25,067 nucleotides of DNA, taken from contig JBBSQY010000048.1 of NCBI GenBank assembly GCA_038243585.1, forward strand, positions 1 to 25,067, in the 5' to 3' direction. Source of the DNA: Candidatus Sumerlaeales bacterium (GTDB taxonomy: Bacteria > Sumerlaeota > Sumerlaeia > Sumerlaeales > Sumerlaeaceae). A program made the position numbers and the translations under genes. How positions within the stretch are numbered: the first letter of the stretch is position 1; every line of letters starts with the position of its first letter. Positions 7,983 through 17,145 of the stretch are shown piece by piece. The notes under the pieces are model-generated. The model ran no database searches and was not told where the DNA came from. It saw only the letters and a program-made list of their open reading frames with translations.

Positions 7983-10418
7983 ATGGCTGATACAGATTTT
8001 GAATTGCTGTTTGAGACAGCCCCTGGACTAAACTTGCTTTTGCTGCCCGATCCGGATTTTACGATAGTGGCGGCAACCGACGCATATCTCAGCGCCACCA
8101 TGATCACCCGTGACGAAGTCTTGGGTAAACCGCTTTTTCACATATTTCCAGATAACCAAGAAAATGCCGCTGCGACAGGCGCGGCGAACTTGCGTGAATC
8201 TCTGGAAAAAGTCGTGCGAGAACGCACCCCTCACGTCATGGCGTTACAAAGATATGACATCCAGCAGCCGTCCGCTGAAGGAGGCCTTTTTGAAGAACGC
8301 TGGTGGATGCCCGTCAATACGCCTGTGTTCGACAGAAAAGGTTGTTTCCTATACATTCTTCACAAGGTGGAGGACGTAACTGATAAAAGACAGACCGAAG
8401 ATGCGCTAACCAGAAGCGAGGCGGATTCTGAACAGCAGCGGCGCTTGTATGAAGGCGTCCTAAACAACACGCCGGATCTTGCCTACGTGTTTGATCTCAA
8501 CTACCGTTTTATCTATGCGAATGAGGGACTGCTGAAGATTTGGGGCAGATCATGGAACGAGGCTATCGGGAAGACCTGTCTTGAACTTGGTTACGAGCCG
8601 TGGCACGCCGCCTTGCATGAACGCGAGATAGACCAGGTAATAGCCACCAAAAAGCCAGTGCGCGGAGAGGTTCCGTTCGAGGCGACGCTGGGCCATCGAA
8701 TTTACGATTACATTTTCGTGCCGGTGTTGGACCAGGCCGGTCAGGTTGAGGCCATTGCCGGCACGACTCGCGACATTACAGAGTACAAGCGGGCGGAAGA
8801 GGTTTTGCGTACCCACAGCGACCGTATCGAGAGCCTTTTTAAAGCCGCCCCGATGGGCGTATATGTGGTTGACGCAGATTTTAAGATAAGAGAAGTTAAT
8901 CCCATCGCCGCCCCCGTTTTCGCCGGTATCCCCGGCGGGGTGATTGGCCGCGACTTCGAAGAGATCATCTATATCCTTTGGGACAAGGCATTCGCAGGCG
9001 AAATCGTGGACAAGTTTCGCCACACCCTGGAGACCGGCGAGCCATATAACGATCCGGAACGCGCCGAATTCCGCATCGACCTCGGCATCACCCAGTATTA
9101 TGAGTGGCGCCTGGGGCGTATCACGCTCCTCGATGGACGGCACAGCGTGGTCTGCTACTTCCGCGACATTTCACAGCAGGTGCAGGCGCGGCTGGCCATT
9201 ACCGAATCCGAGGAGCGTTTTCGAAATCTGGCAGACAACATATCCCAGTTTGCCTGGATGACCGATGAACACGGATGGAGAACTTGGTGCAATCGCCGCT
9301 GGCTCGATTACACAGGCACCAGCGTAGCCGAGATGCAGGGCTGGGGATGGAAAAAAAACCACCACCCGGATCACGTAAACCGGGTCGTAGAAAAGCTGCG
9401 ACATTGCTTTGAAACCGGTGAGCCGTGGGAAGATATTTTCCCGCTACGGCGATTTGACGGCCAGTACCGTTGGTTTTTGTCGCGAGCGAACCCAATCCGC
9501 GACAGCGACGGAAACATCCTGCGCTGGTTCGGCACAAATACGGATATAACTGAGCAACTGGAAACAGAGCGGGCACTTCGGGAACGGGAGGAGACCCTGG
9601 CCCGGGTGAACGGCGAACTGGCCCTGGCCCGCGACAACGCACTGGCCGCGAATGCCGCCAAGGGCGCCTTCCTGGCCAACATGAGCCATGAACTGCGCAC
9701 ACCGCTCAACGCCATAATTGGCTATGCGGAGCTGTTGCGTGAAGAAATGGATGCAGGCGGCGCCGGCCGGCCTTCCATAGTCGCAGATCTTGACCACATC
9801 CGTTCGTCAGGCCAGCATTTGCTTAGCCTGATCACTGAGATTTTAGACATTTCAAAAATCGAAGCCGGCCAGATGGAGGTGGCTGACGAAGAAGTGAATT
9901 TAAGCGATGTCATCCGGGAAGCGGTCGTTTCTATAACGCCACAGCTTGCAGCGCGGGGCAATCGCTTGGAAAAACAGACCTGTCACAGCGGCATTACGAT
10001 ACAGGGCGACTTTCTGCGGACAAAGCAGGTGCTGATCAACTTGCTGTCAAACGCAGCGAAATTTACCGAAAACGGACTTGTGCGATTAGATTGCAAAATA
10101 ATCGAATCGACGGAAGACAAAACCGAACAAACACCTGAATACGGCGAGGAAAGTAGCAACTTCAAAGCAGTCCCCGAGCGATGGGTCGAAGTATCAGTAT
10201 CGGATACGGGAATTGGCATTTCGCCGGAGCAGTTACCCTTGCTGTTCGAAAAATTTCGTCAACTCGACACATCCTACACCCGCCGCCACAGCGGCACGGG
10301 ACTCGGCCTCGCAATCTCCAGAAGGCTGGTGGAAATGATGGGCGGCCAAATCCTGGTAACCAGTGCCCCCGGCATAGGATCAACGTTCACCGTGCGCCTC
10401 CGCGCGACAAAACGGTAA
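7983..10418 (+). CDS. Cytoplasmic multi-PAS sensor histidine kinase (about 4 PAS/PAC, HisKA, HATPase_c), no receiver domain
   Basis: PAS ends VEDVTD, TRDITE, FRDISQ and NTDITE. H-box [19 protein letters not shown]-box [15 protein letters not shown]1 VSDTGIGI, F-box LFEKF and G2 GTGLGLAI. No TM segment. The ATG at 7983 is preferred over the TTG at 7971. Confidence 0.92.
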   Translation: MADTDFELLFETAPGLNLLLLPDPDFTIVAATDAYLSATMITRDEVLGKPLFHIFPDNQENAAATGAANLRESLEKVVRERTPHVMALQRYDIQQPSAEGGLFEERWWMPVNTPVFDRKGCFLYILHKVEDVTDKRQTEDALTRSEADSEQQRRLYEGVLNNTPDLAYVFDLNYRFIYANEGLLKIWGRSWNEAIGKTCLELGYEPWHAALHEREIDQVIATKKPVRGEVPFEATLGHRIYDYIFVPVLDQAGQVEAIAGTTRDITEYKRAEEVLRTHSDRIESLFKAAPMGVYVVDADFKIREVNPIAAPVFAGIPGGVIGRDFEEIIYILWDKAFAGEIVDKFRHTLETGEPYNDPERAEFRIDLGITQYYEWRLGRITLLDGRHSVVCYFRDISQQVQARLAITESEERFRNLADNISQFAWMTDEHGWRTWCNRRWLDYTGTSVAEMQGWGWKKNHHPDHVNRVVEKLRHCFETGEPWEDIFPLRRFDGQYRWFLSRANPIRDSDGNILRWFGTNTDITEQLETERALREREETLARVNGELALARDNALAANAAKGAFLANMSHELRTPLNAIIGYAELLREEMDAGGAGRPSIVADLDHIRSSGQHLLSLITEILDISKIEAGQMEVADEEVNLSDVIREAVVSITPQLAARGNRLEKQTCHSGITIQGDFLRTKQVLINLLSNAAKFTENGLVRLDCKIIESTEDKTEQTPEYGEESSNFKAVPERWVEVSVSDTGIGISPEQLPLLFEKFRQLDTSYTRRHSGTGLGLAISRRLVEMMGGQILVTSAPGIGSTFTVRLRATKR

Positions 10419-10460
10419 CAACGAGCGGCTGCGAAGCACCAATAACTTAAGGAGTATTTC

Positions 10461-10913
10461 ATGCAGGATGACAAGGTACTTCTGCTGCTGTTCGGTGTTC
10501 TTGTGGGCTTACTTTCCTTGGGTTACATCGTATGGCTTTTTGCAACAAAAACCGTACGACGCCTATCTGCGGCTGTCGTCGGTTTGGCTGTCACACCCAG
10601 CTTGATATTAATGTTTTTGATTGCATCGCTGGCGGTGCATATGCGCCTCAGCCTGGGTGGCTGGCCTTTGCAGATCGGGGAAGAGGGATTCTCCCCCGGC
10701 TTGATTTTCCATGCGGAGACGACAATATACTACTTCATCTTTCTGCTGTATTTAACATTGTTTCTGATGCCTGTCGCAGCGGTCACTTGCGCCCTGATAT
10801 CCGCCTGGCGGGGTGCGCTGAATTACCTGGCTATTAGCTATGTTGCGTATTGTTGCAACTGGGTCCTGCTGCTCATAATGCCCGACGGATTTCTGTATTG
10901 GTGGTGGGATTAG
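10461..10913 (+). CDS. Hypothetical integral membrane protein (about 4 TM)
   Basis: Strong RBS AAGGAG upstream. Four hydrophobic stretches, a polar loop HMRLSLGGWP..IGEEGF, and C-terminus FLYWWWD. Confidence 0.7.
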   Translation: MQDDKVLLLLFGVLVGLLSLGYIVWLFATKTVRRLSAAVVGLAVTPSLILMFLIASLAVHMRLSLGGWPLQIGEEGFSPGLIFHAETTIYYFIFLLYLTLFLMPVAAVTCALISAWRGALNYLAISYVAYCCNWVLLLIMPDGFLYWWWD

Positions 10914-11053
10914 AAAACTATCGTTGATCGAGAATAGCAACCCGATCTCCGAGAGTCCATTCCTCCCCACCACCCCTTCCCGCGTCGACTGCATTTTCTT
11001 GTCCCCTCCTTGTTAACCTCGGGACACCATTTTTCAAGGAACCAGACGAACCA

Positions 11054-12868
11054 ATGACCGACTCCTCAGCAAAAAAGCCATTCTACGTGACCACCGCGAT
11101 TCTCTACGCAAACGCCTCCCCTCACGTGGGCCATACTTTTGAGTTGATCGGGGCAGACGTGGTGGCCCGGGCAAAGCGGATGCTGGGGTATGATGTTTTC
11201 TTTCAGACCGGCACCGACGAGCACGGGCAGAAAATGCTGGAATATGCCGAGCGGGCGGGAAAGGATCCCAAGGCTTACGCGGATGACATAGCGCCGGGCC
11301 ACCGGAAGCTGTGGGACGCGCTGGACATATCTTACGACCAGTTTATCCGCACGACAGACGACGATCACTATGCGGCGGTAGACGCCTTCTGGAAAGCCTC
11401 CGCCGCGAAGGGCGATATTTACAAGGATAAATACGACGGCTGGTATTGCGTAACGGACGAGAATTTCGTGCTGGAGAGCCAGGTGACCACCCGGCCGGAT
11501 CAGCCGGACAAAAAGTTTTGCCCGGAGTGCGGCAACGAACTCACATTCAAAAGCGAGGAAAGCTACTTCTTCCGCTGGAGCAAATACCAGGGTTTCATGG
11601 AACAGTGGCTGCAGGATAACCCACGCTTCATAGAGCCCAAGTTCCGCGCCAACGAAATGATCAATTCGTTTCTCAAGCCGGGCCTGCAGGACATCTCAAT
11701 TTCCCGGTCATCCATCAAATGGGGCATACCCGTGCCCGGCGATCCTGAGCACGTGATTTATGTCTGGTTCGACGCGCTCATTAACTACATCACCGGCGTC
11801 GGTTACGGCACGGATCAGGAGCGGTTCGACCGATATTGGCCCGCCGATTTGCACGTAGTGGGCAAGGATATTTTAAAGTTCCATACGCTGCTGTGGCCAG
11901 CCATGTGCGAGTCCGCCGGCATCGCGCCGCCGCGTCATGTGTTTGGTCATGGGTTCGTAAGTCCTCGTGCGATCCTGACAGCGGAGGACGGCCCGGCTCA
12001 GCTGAAAGACACCATTCGCTGGGAAGAGCGCGAGGGCGGCCTGAAGGTTTTTGATGGCGATGTGTTGGTCGGCATGGTCAATAAAAGCGCGGCAACCGAT
12101 GGCGACTCCATAGAATCCATCGGGGCCGCAATCATCGACTCGCTAGGCGATAAAGTTCTGCGCCTGGCGAAGATGTCCAAGTCCCGCGGCAACATCGTCG
12201 ATCCCGTCGCCGTAACCGCTATGCACGGCGGCAACCCCGATCCCCTGCGCTTCTTCCTGCTGCGCGAAATCGATTTCGGCGGCGACGGCATTTACAGCGA
12301 CGAGGCATTGCTCGCCACCTACAATGCGGACCTGGCCGATAAACTCGGAAACCTCCTCAGCCGCACGCTGACAATGGTAGACAAATACCAGGGCGGAATC
12401 GCGACCCGGCCGGCCGCGTACACAGAAGAAGACAACGCCGTCCGCGAGGTCCTGTGTAGCCTGTTTGAGAAAACAGATGATCCCACCGGCACCACAGACA
12501 ACCCCGCCTACACCCAGTACGAATCCCTGCTCGACCAGTGCAAGTTCGGCGCGATCCTGGAGCGCGTACTGATCGGAGCCCAGCGCCTCAACCTCTACAT
12601 CACAGAAACCAGACCGTTCACCCTCGCAAAAGACCCGGAGCAAACCGAACGCCTCCAGGCGATCCTCTACGTACTGGTCGAAGGCATCCGCCTGCTCTCT
12701 GTGCAGCTCTACCCGTTCATCCCCGGCACCGCAGAAAAAATCTGGCAACAGGTAGGCGGCCAAGGCAGCATCGGCGACCACCCGTTCGAGGAACTTAAGC
12801 AATGGGGCCACCTGGACAACGCCCGAATCACGCGCGGGGAGAACCTGTTCCCCAAGGCGGAGAAGTAG
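11054..12868 (+). CDS. metG: Methionine--tRNA ligase (short, single-knuckle type without a C-terminal tRNA-binding appendix)
   Basis: FYVTTAILYANASPHVGH (HIGH motif), TGTDEHGQK, FIRTT, Y.GWYC..DE...CPECG knuckle, DISISR..IKWGIPVP, IYVWFDALINY, GKDILKFH, KMSKSRGN and NADLADKLGNLLSR. Confidence 0.96.
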   Translation: MTDSSAKKPFYVTTAILYANASPHVGHTFELIGADVVARAKRMLGYDVFFQTGTDEHGQKMLEYAERAGKDPKAYADDIAPGHRKLWDALDISYDQFIRTTDDDHYAAVDAFWKASAAKGDIYKDKYDGWYCVTDENFVLESQVTTRPDQPDKKFCPECGNELTFKSEESYFFRWSKYQGFMEQWLQDNPRFIEPKFRANEMINSFLKPGLQDISISRSSIKWGIPVPGDPEHVIYVWFDALINYITGVGYGTDQERFDRYWPADLHVVGKDILKFHTLLWPAMCESAGIAPPRHVFGHGFVSPRAILTAEDGPAQLKDTIRWEEREGGLKVFDGDVLVGMVNKSAATDGDSIESIGAAIIDSLGDKVLRLAKMSKSRGNIVDPVAVTAMHGGNPDPLRFFLLREIDFGGDGIYSDEALLATYNADLADKLGNLLSRTLTMVDKYQGGIATRPAAYTEEDNAVREVLCSLFEKTDDPTGTTDNPAYTQYESLLDQCKFGAILERVLIGAQRLNLYITETRPFTLAKDPEQTERLQAILYVLVEGIRLLSVQLYPFIPGTAEKIWQQVGGQGSIGDHPFEELKQWGHLDNARITRGENLFPKAEK

Positions 12869-12930
12869 GTTTCGCCGTCCCCGCCCCGACGATGGCATTT
12901 ATGAATAGCCATAGCCATTCTGAACGTGCT

Positions 12931-12959
12931 CTGATCCGAGCCAAAAATTACAGTATAAT
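12931..12959 (+). promoter_or_regulatory. Possible sigma70 promoter of the MFS gene
   Basis: CTGATC-N17-TATAAT about 70 nt upstream of the GTG at 13030. The -10 is perfect and the -35 is weak. Confidence 0.35.
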
Positions 12960-13029
12960 GACGGTCATGATTTCGCTTTGCGGTTCCAGCATGAATTTCT
13001 GATTCCCAAGCGGGAATGTTTACTCATAC

Positions 13030-14433
13030 GTGAGCAACGACAGAAATACCCAAAAAACGATTATACCGGACGGCCCGCTGACCCCCTCAAGTATGCCGGA
13101 TACCATACCGGGCAGGTCACAGGAGTTCATCGAAGACCACGGGAATGAAACCGATTATGTGCTGAAATCCGGCGCTCCAGAAACTGAGCCGGGTAAAGCT
13201 CCTGACGCCAGCGCTTTCTCCCCTGCTTCCTCTCCAGAGAAAACTGTCTATCCCATCCTGTTCGCCATCAGTTTTTCCCACATGCTAAACGACACCATGC
13301 AATCGCTGATCCCGTCGATCTATCCTATAGTAAAAGAAGGCTTCGCCCTCAGTTTTGCCCAAATCGGGCTGATCACCCTCACGTTCCAGCTCTCCGCCGC
13401 GCTGCTGCAGCCGTTTGTCGGACTCTACACCGACAGGAAACCCCAGCCATACTCCCTCGCCATAGGCATGGGCTTCACCCTGGTGGGGCTGTTGATGCTG
13501 TCCGTCGCCCCCAGCTTTGCCATCCTGCTATGTTCCGTTTCCCTCGTCGGCATAGGTTCTTCGATCTTCCATCCAGAGGCATCCCGCATCGCATACCTGT
13601 CCTCCGGCGGACAGCGGGGCCTGGCCCAGTCCGTGTTCCAGGTAGGGGGCAATGCCGGAAGCGCCATAGGTCCGCTGTTGGTAGCGCTCATCATTGTGCC
13701 GTTTGGCCGCGGCAGCGTCGGATGGTTTTCTGCCATCGCTCTTGTCGCCATGGTCGTGCTGGCCTTTGTGGGCAAATGGTACAAGAGCCACATCATCGTG
13801 CAAAAGGCAAAACCTGCCCGCGCGTCTTCAACGCCGGAGCATCATCTGTCAACCCGCACCATAGTTCTTTCCATCAGCGTGCTGCTAATGCTTATTTTTT
13901 CCAAGTTTTTCTACATGGTCAGCCTGACCAGCTATCTCACGTTCTACCTGATGCAGAAGTTTGGCGTCTCCGTCCAGGCATCCCAAACCTATCTCTTTGT
14001 GTTCCTGTTTTCCGTGGCCGTAGGCACCTTCGCCGGAGGACCCCTGGGCGACCGTTTTGGCCGCAAATACGTTATCTGGGCATCAATCCTCGGCGTAGCG
14101 CCGTTCACGATCATGCTTCCTTATGCAAACCTGATGTGGACCACCATCCTGATCGTCATTATCGGAATCATACTATCCTCGGCGTTTTCAGCGATCCTCG
14201 TATATGCCCAGGAACTGGTGCCAGGCAAGGTCGGACTCGTCTCCGGTCTCTTCTTCGGATTCGCCTTCGGCATGGCCGGCGTAGGCTCCGCCATTCTAGG
14301 AGAACTGGCAGACCGCACCAGCATAACCTATATATACTACCTATGCTCATACCTGCCGTTGATAGGACTACTGACAGCCCTCCTGCCAAACATCGAAAGC
14401 ACCGGTCAAAAGCAAAAAGCAGCGAAAAAGTAA
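13030..14433 (+). CDS. fsr: MFS transporter, fosmidomycin-resistance (Fsr) family
   Basis: SHMLNDTMQSLIPSIYP, GSSIFHPEASR, GLAQSVFQVGGNAGSAIGPL, GPLGDRFGRKYVIWASILGVAPF and SAFSAILVYAQELVPGKVGLVSGLFFGFAFG. It has a ~70-aa hydrophilic N-terminal extension, so the true start may be further downstream. Confidence 0.85.
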   Translation: MSNDRNTQKTIIPDGPLTPSSMPDTIPGRSQEFIEDHGNETDYVLKSGAPETEPGKAPDASAFSPASSPEKTVYPILFAISFSHMLNDTMQSLIPSIYPIVKEGFALSFAQIGLITLTFQLSAALLQPFVGLYTDRKPQPYSLAIGMGFTLVGLLMLSVAPSFAILLCSVSLVGIGSSIFHPEASRIAYLSSGGQRGLAQSVFQVGGNAGSAIGPLLVALIIVPFGRGSVGWFSAIALVAMVVLAFVGKWYKSHIIVQKAKPARASSTPEHHLSTRTIVLSISVLLMLIFSKFFYMVSLTSYLTFYLMQKFGVSVQASQTYLFVFLFSVAVGTFAGGPLGDRFGRKYVIWASILGVAPFTIMLPYANLMWTTILIVIIGIILSSAFSAILVYAQELVPGKVGLVSGLFFGFAFGMAGVGSAILGELADRTSITYIYYLCSYLPLIGLLTALLPNIESTGQKQKAAKK

Positions 14434-14606
14434 GTCAGCCTTCGTTTCATGTTACGCTCCCGAATGCCCCTGATACAACTGTCCGCAGAATCGGATCAGG
14501 TCCAAAAGTCACAGGGGAATTGGTGTACTTCGTCGAAATGCTTCCTGTCCTTAAGTATTACTTTCTCTTGACGCCCACCCACATCGCGCTGACTCTACCC
14601 GTTACC

Positions 14607-17135
14607 ATGAAGGAAGCCGCTGCCAGGATAAAAATCAATCACCTGCTTGAAGAAGCGGGATGGCGGTTCTTTCCCACATCCGATGGTCCAGCCAATGTCC
14701 AGTTGGAACCGAAGGTCTCAATAAAATCCGCCGACCTCGATGCTCTCGGCAACAATTTCGAAAACAAGACAACGGGATACATCGATTTTCTGCTTTTGGA
14801 CGACCGTAAATTCCCCCTCCTGGTGTTGGAAGCCAAGGCGGAAAACAAAAATCCATTAGTCGGCAAAGAACAAGCCCGCAAATACGCCGCATCTCAGAAA
14901 TGCCGCTTCGTTATTCTATCCAATGGCAACGTTCACTACTTCTGGGATCTCGAACGCGGCAACCCGGAACAGATAACAAAATTCCCTCGCCCCGACTCCG
15001 TCAGTGGATACAAAAAGGTTCAACCCAATCCTCAACTTCTCTTTACGGAAAAGATAAAAGACGATTTCATCGTTGTCACGCAACGTCCCGCTTATGCCAG
15101 CGAAGCCGCCTATAACAATGAACAGGAACGACCGGAGTACATAAAGACCAACCGTCTCCGTTTCCTGCGGCCCTACCAGATTCGCGCCATTGAGGCGCTG
15201 CAGGCGTCAGCGAAACGCGGCAACGAGAGGTTCCTTTTCGAAATGGCAACGGGCACCGGGAAAACTCTCACCGCCGCAGCCGTAATCAAGTTGTTCCTTA
15301 AAACCGGCAACGCCCGCCGTGTCTTATTTCTCGTTGACCGTTTGGAGTTAGAAATCCAGGCGCACAAGTCTTTCGACGGTCTTCTGGCAAACGATTTTAA
15401 GACTGTCATTTACAAAGAGAACCGCGACGAATGGCGATCCGCCGAAATCGTTGTCAGCACCGTGCAGTCGTTCCTGTTCAACAATAAATATCAGCGCCTG
15501 TTTTCCCCCACGGATTTTGATCTGGTCATCTCCGACGAAGCCCACCGCTCGATTGGCGGCAACGCCCGCGCCGTTTTCGATTATTTCATTGGAAACAAAC
15601 TCGGTCTCACCGCCACGCCCAGGGACTTCCTTAAAAAGGTGGATACGGAAAAACTGGCGAACGACGACCCGCGCCAGTTGGAACGCCGCCTCATGCTCGA
15701 CACCTACCGCACCTTTGGCTGCGCCGATAGTTATCCTACATTCCGCTACTCCCTTTTGAAGGGCGTCGAAGACGGTTATCTTGTAAATCCCACGGTAATC
15801 GACGCAAGGACCGGCATCACCACGCGGTTGCTTTCCGAACAGGGGTATAGCGTAAACGTCACAGACGACACCGGCGAAGATCAAACCCAGGTTTTCAAAC
15901 AGCGGGAGTTCGAGAAACGATTTTTCGCCGAATCCACAAACCAGCTTCTCTGCAAAACGTTCCTGGAAAACGCGCTAAAAGACCCCGTCACCGGCGAGAT
16001 CGGAAAATCTATCATCTTTGCCGTCAGCCAGACTCACGCGTCAAAGCTTACGCAGATACTTAACAAGATGACCGATAGAATGTATCCAGGCAAGTACAAC
16101 TCCGACTTCGCCATGCAGGTCACATCCCAGGTCCCCGACGCACAGCAGTTCACCATCAACTTCGCCAACAACAACCTTGGCGGCTCATCCAATTTTCTGG
16201 AGACATACAAGACCAGCAAGACGCGGATTTGTGTCACCGTCGGAATGATGACAACCGGCTACGATTGCCCGGATCTCCTCAACATCGGGCTCTTTCGTCC
16301 GATATTTTCACCCACGGATTTCATCCAGGTCAAAGGACGCGGCACCCGTAAACACAACTTCCTTGAACTGCTTTTTGATCCCGAGCGCCGGAAGATGATC
16401 TCTGAGCCGGAGAAGACGACCTTCAAGCTGTTCGATTTCTTCCGCAACTGTCAGTATTTCGAGGAAGATTTCAAATACGACGAGGTGATCAAACTTCCCG
16501 CGACCGGCGGCGGCGAGCCCAAACCGGAAACCGGCGGCGGCGGTTCGGTGCGCTCCGCCAGCTATACCCATCTCGGCGACGACATTATGGCCACTATCGC
16601 CGAGCAAACTATCAGCGCCGACGGCATGAAAATCGACCGCATGTTCTTCCGTGATTTCGAGGAAGACATCAAAAAGAATGCAGCTATCGCCGCCAGCGTG
16701 GAGGCCGGCGATTGGGACCGCGTCATAGACTACGTGAACCGTGAAGTCTTCGATAGGCCGGATCAGTACTACACCCTCGAAAAGCTCCAAAAATCCGCAG
16801 CCGTGGATCGCCGCCTGACTTTGCGCGAAATCCTGGAGAAGGTCTTCGGTCTCATCCCCGGCTTTAAGTCCCGCGATGAACTGCTGGAGGAAGAATTCGC
16901 CAAATTCGTGGCCGATCAAAAACCCACCGAAGCCATTCCCGCCCTGAAAAATTATTTCAAAGCCTACGCCTCCAACGAACGGGTTCGCCAGATCATTGAA
17001 AACCGCCAGTTCACTCTTTTCGCCACAAACCCCGGATTTTCCACGGCGGATTTTAAAGCTGTCCCGCCACAATACAGAACCGTAATCCCAAGCTACATTA
17101 ACGATTACGTCCCCACTAGCCAATTCTCCCACTGA
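14607..17135 (+). CDS. hsdR: Type I restriction enzyme R subunit (EcoAI/EcoEI-like; PD-(D/E)xK nuclease plus SF2 translocase)
   Basis: From the ATG at 14607 (842 aa): EAAARIKINHLLEEAGW, nuclease IDFLL...VLEAK and QARKY, helicase motifs LRPYQ, MATGTGKT, DEAH, GLTATP, MMTTGYD and FIQVKGRGTR. The track's 13530 start overlaps the MFS gene. Confidence 0.9.
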   Translation: MKEAAARIKINHLLEEAGWRFFPTSDGPANVQLEPKVSIKSADLDALGNNFENKTTGYIDFLLLDDRKFPLLVLEAKAENKNPLVGKEQARKYAASQKCRFVILSNGNVHYFWDLERGNPEQITKFPRPDSVSGYKKVQPNPQLLFTEKIKDDFIVVTQRPAYASEAAYNNEQERPEYIKTNRLRFLRPYQIRAIEALQASAKRGNERFLFEMATGTGKTLTAAAVIKLFLKTGNARRVLFLVDRLELEIQAHKSFDGLLANDFKTVIYKENRDEWRSAEIVVSTVQSFLFNNKYQRLFSPTDFDLVISDEAHRSIGGNARAVFDYFIGNKLGLTATPRDFLKKVDTEKLANDDPRQLERRLMLDTYRTFGCADSYPTFRYSLLKGVEDGYLVNPTVIDARTGITTRLLSEQGYSVNVTDDTGEDQTQVFKQREFEKRFFAESTNQLLCKTFLENALKDPVTGEIGKSIIFAVSQTHASKLTQILNKMTDRMYPGKYNSDFAMQVTSQVPDAQQFTINFANNNLGGSSNFLETYKTSKTRICVTVGMMTTGYDCPDLLNIGLFRPIFSPTDFIQVKGRGTRKHNFLELLFDPERRKMISEPEKTTFKLFDFFRNCQYFEEDFKYDEVIKLPATGGGEPKPETGGGGSVRSASYTHLGDDIMATIAEQTISADGMKIDRMFFRDFEEDIKKNAAIAASVEAGDWDRVIDYVNREVFDRPDQYYTLEKLQKSAAVDRRLTLREILEKVFGLIPGFKSRDELLEEEFAKFVADQKPTEAIPALKNYFKAYASNERVRQIIENRQFTLFATNPGFSTADFKAVPPQYRTVIPSYINDYVPTSQFSH

Positions 17136-17145
17136 AAGCCGCTTC

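Noticed and set aside
11960..12169. MetRS insert considered as an intein or intron
   Set aside because: It is very short, has no C-terminal His-Asn followed by Cys/Ser/Thr (the next residue is Lys), and the frame is uninterrupted.
13530..14606. 359-aa N-terminal extension making HsdR a 1201-aa protein
   Set aside because: It overlaps the well-supported Fsr MFS gene in another frame and is R/P/H-rich shadow sequence. HsdR-like sequence begins at MKEAAARIKI (14607).
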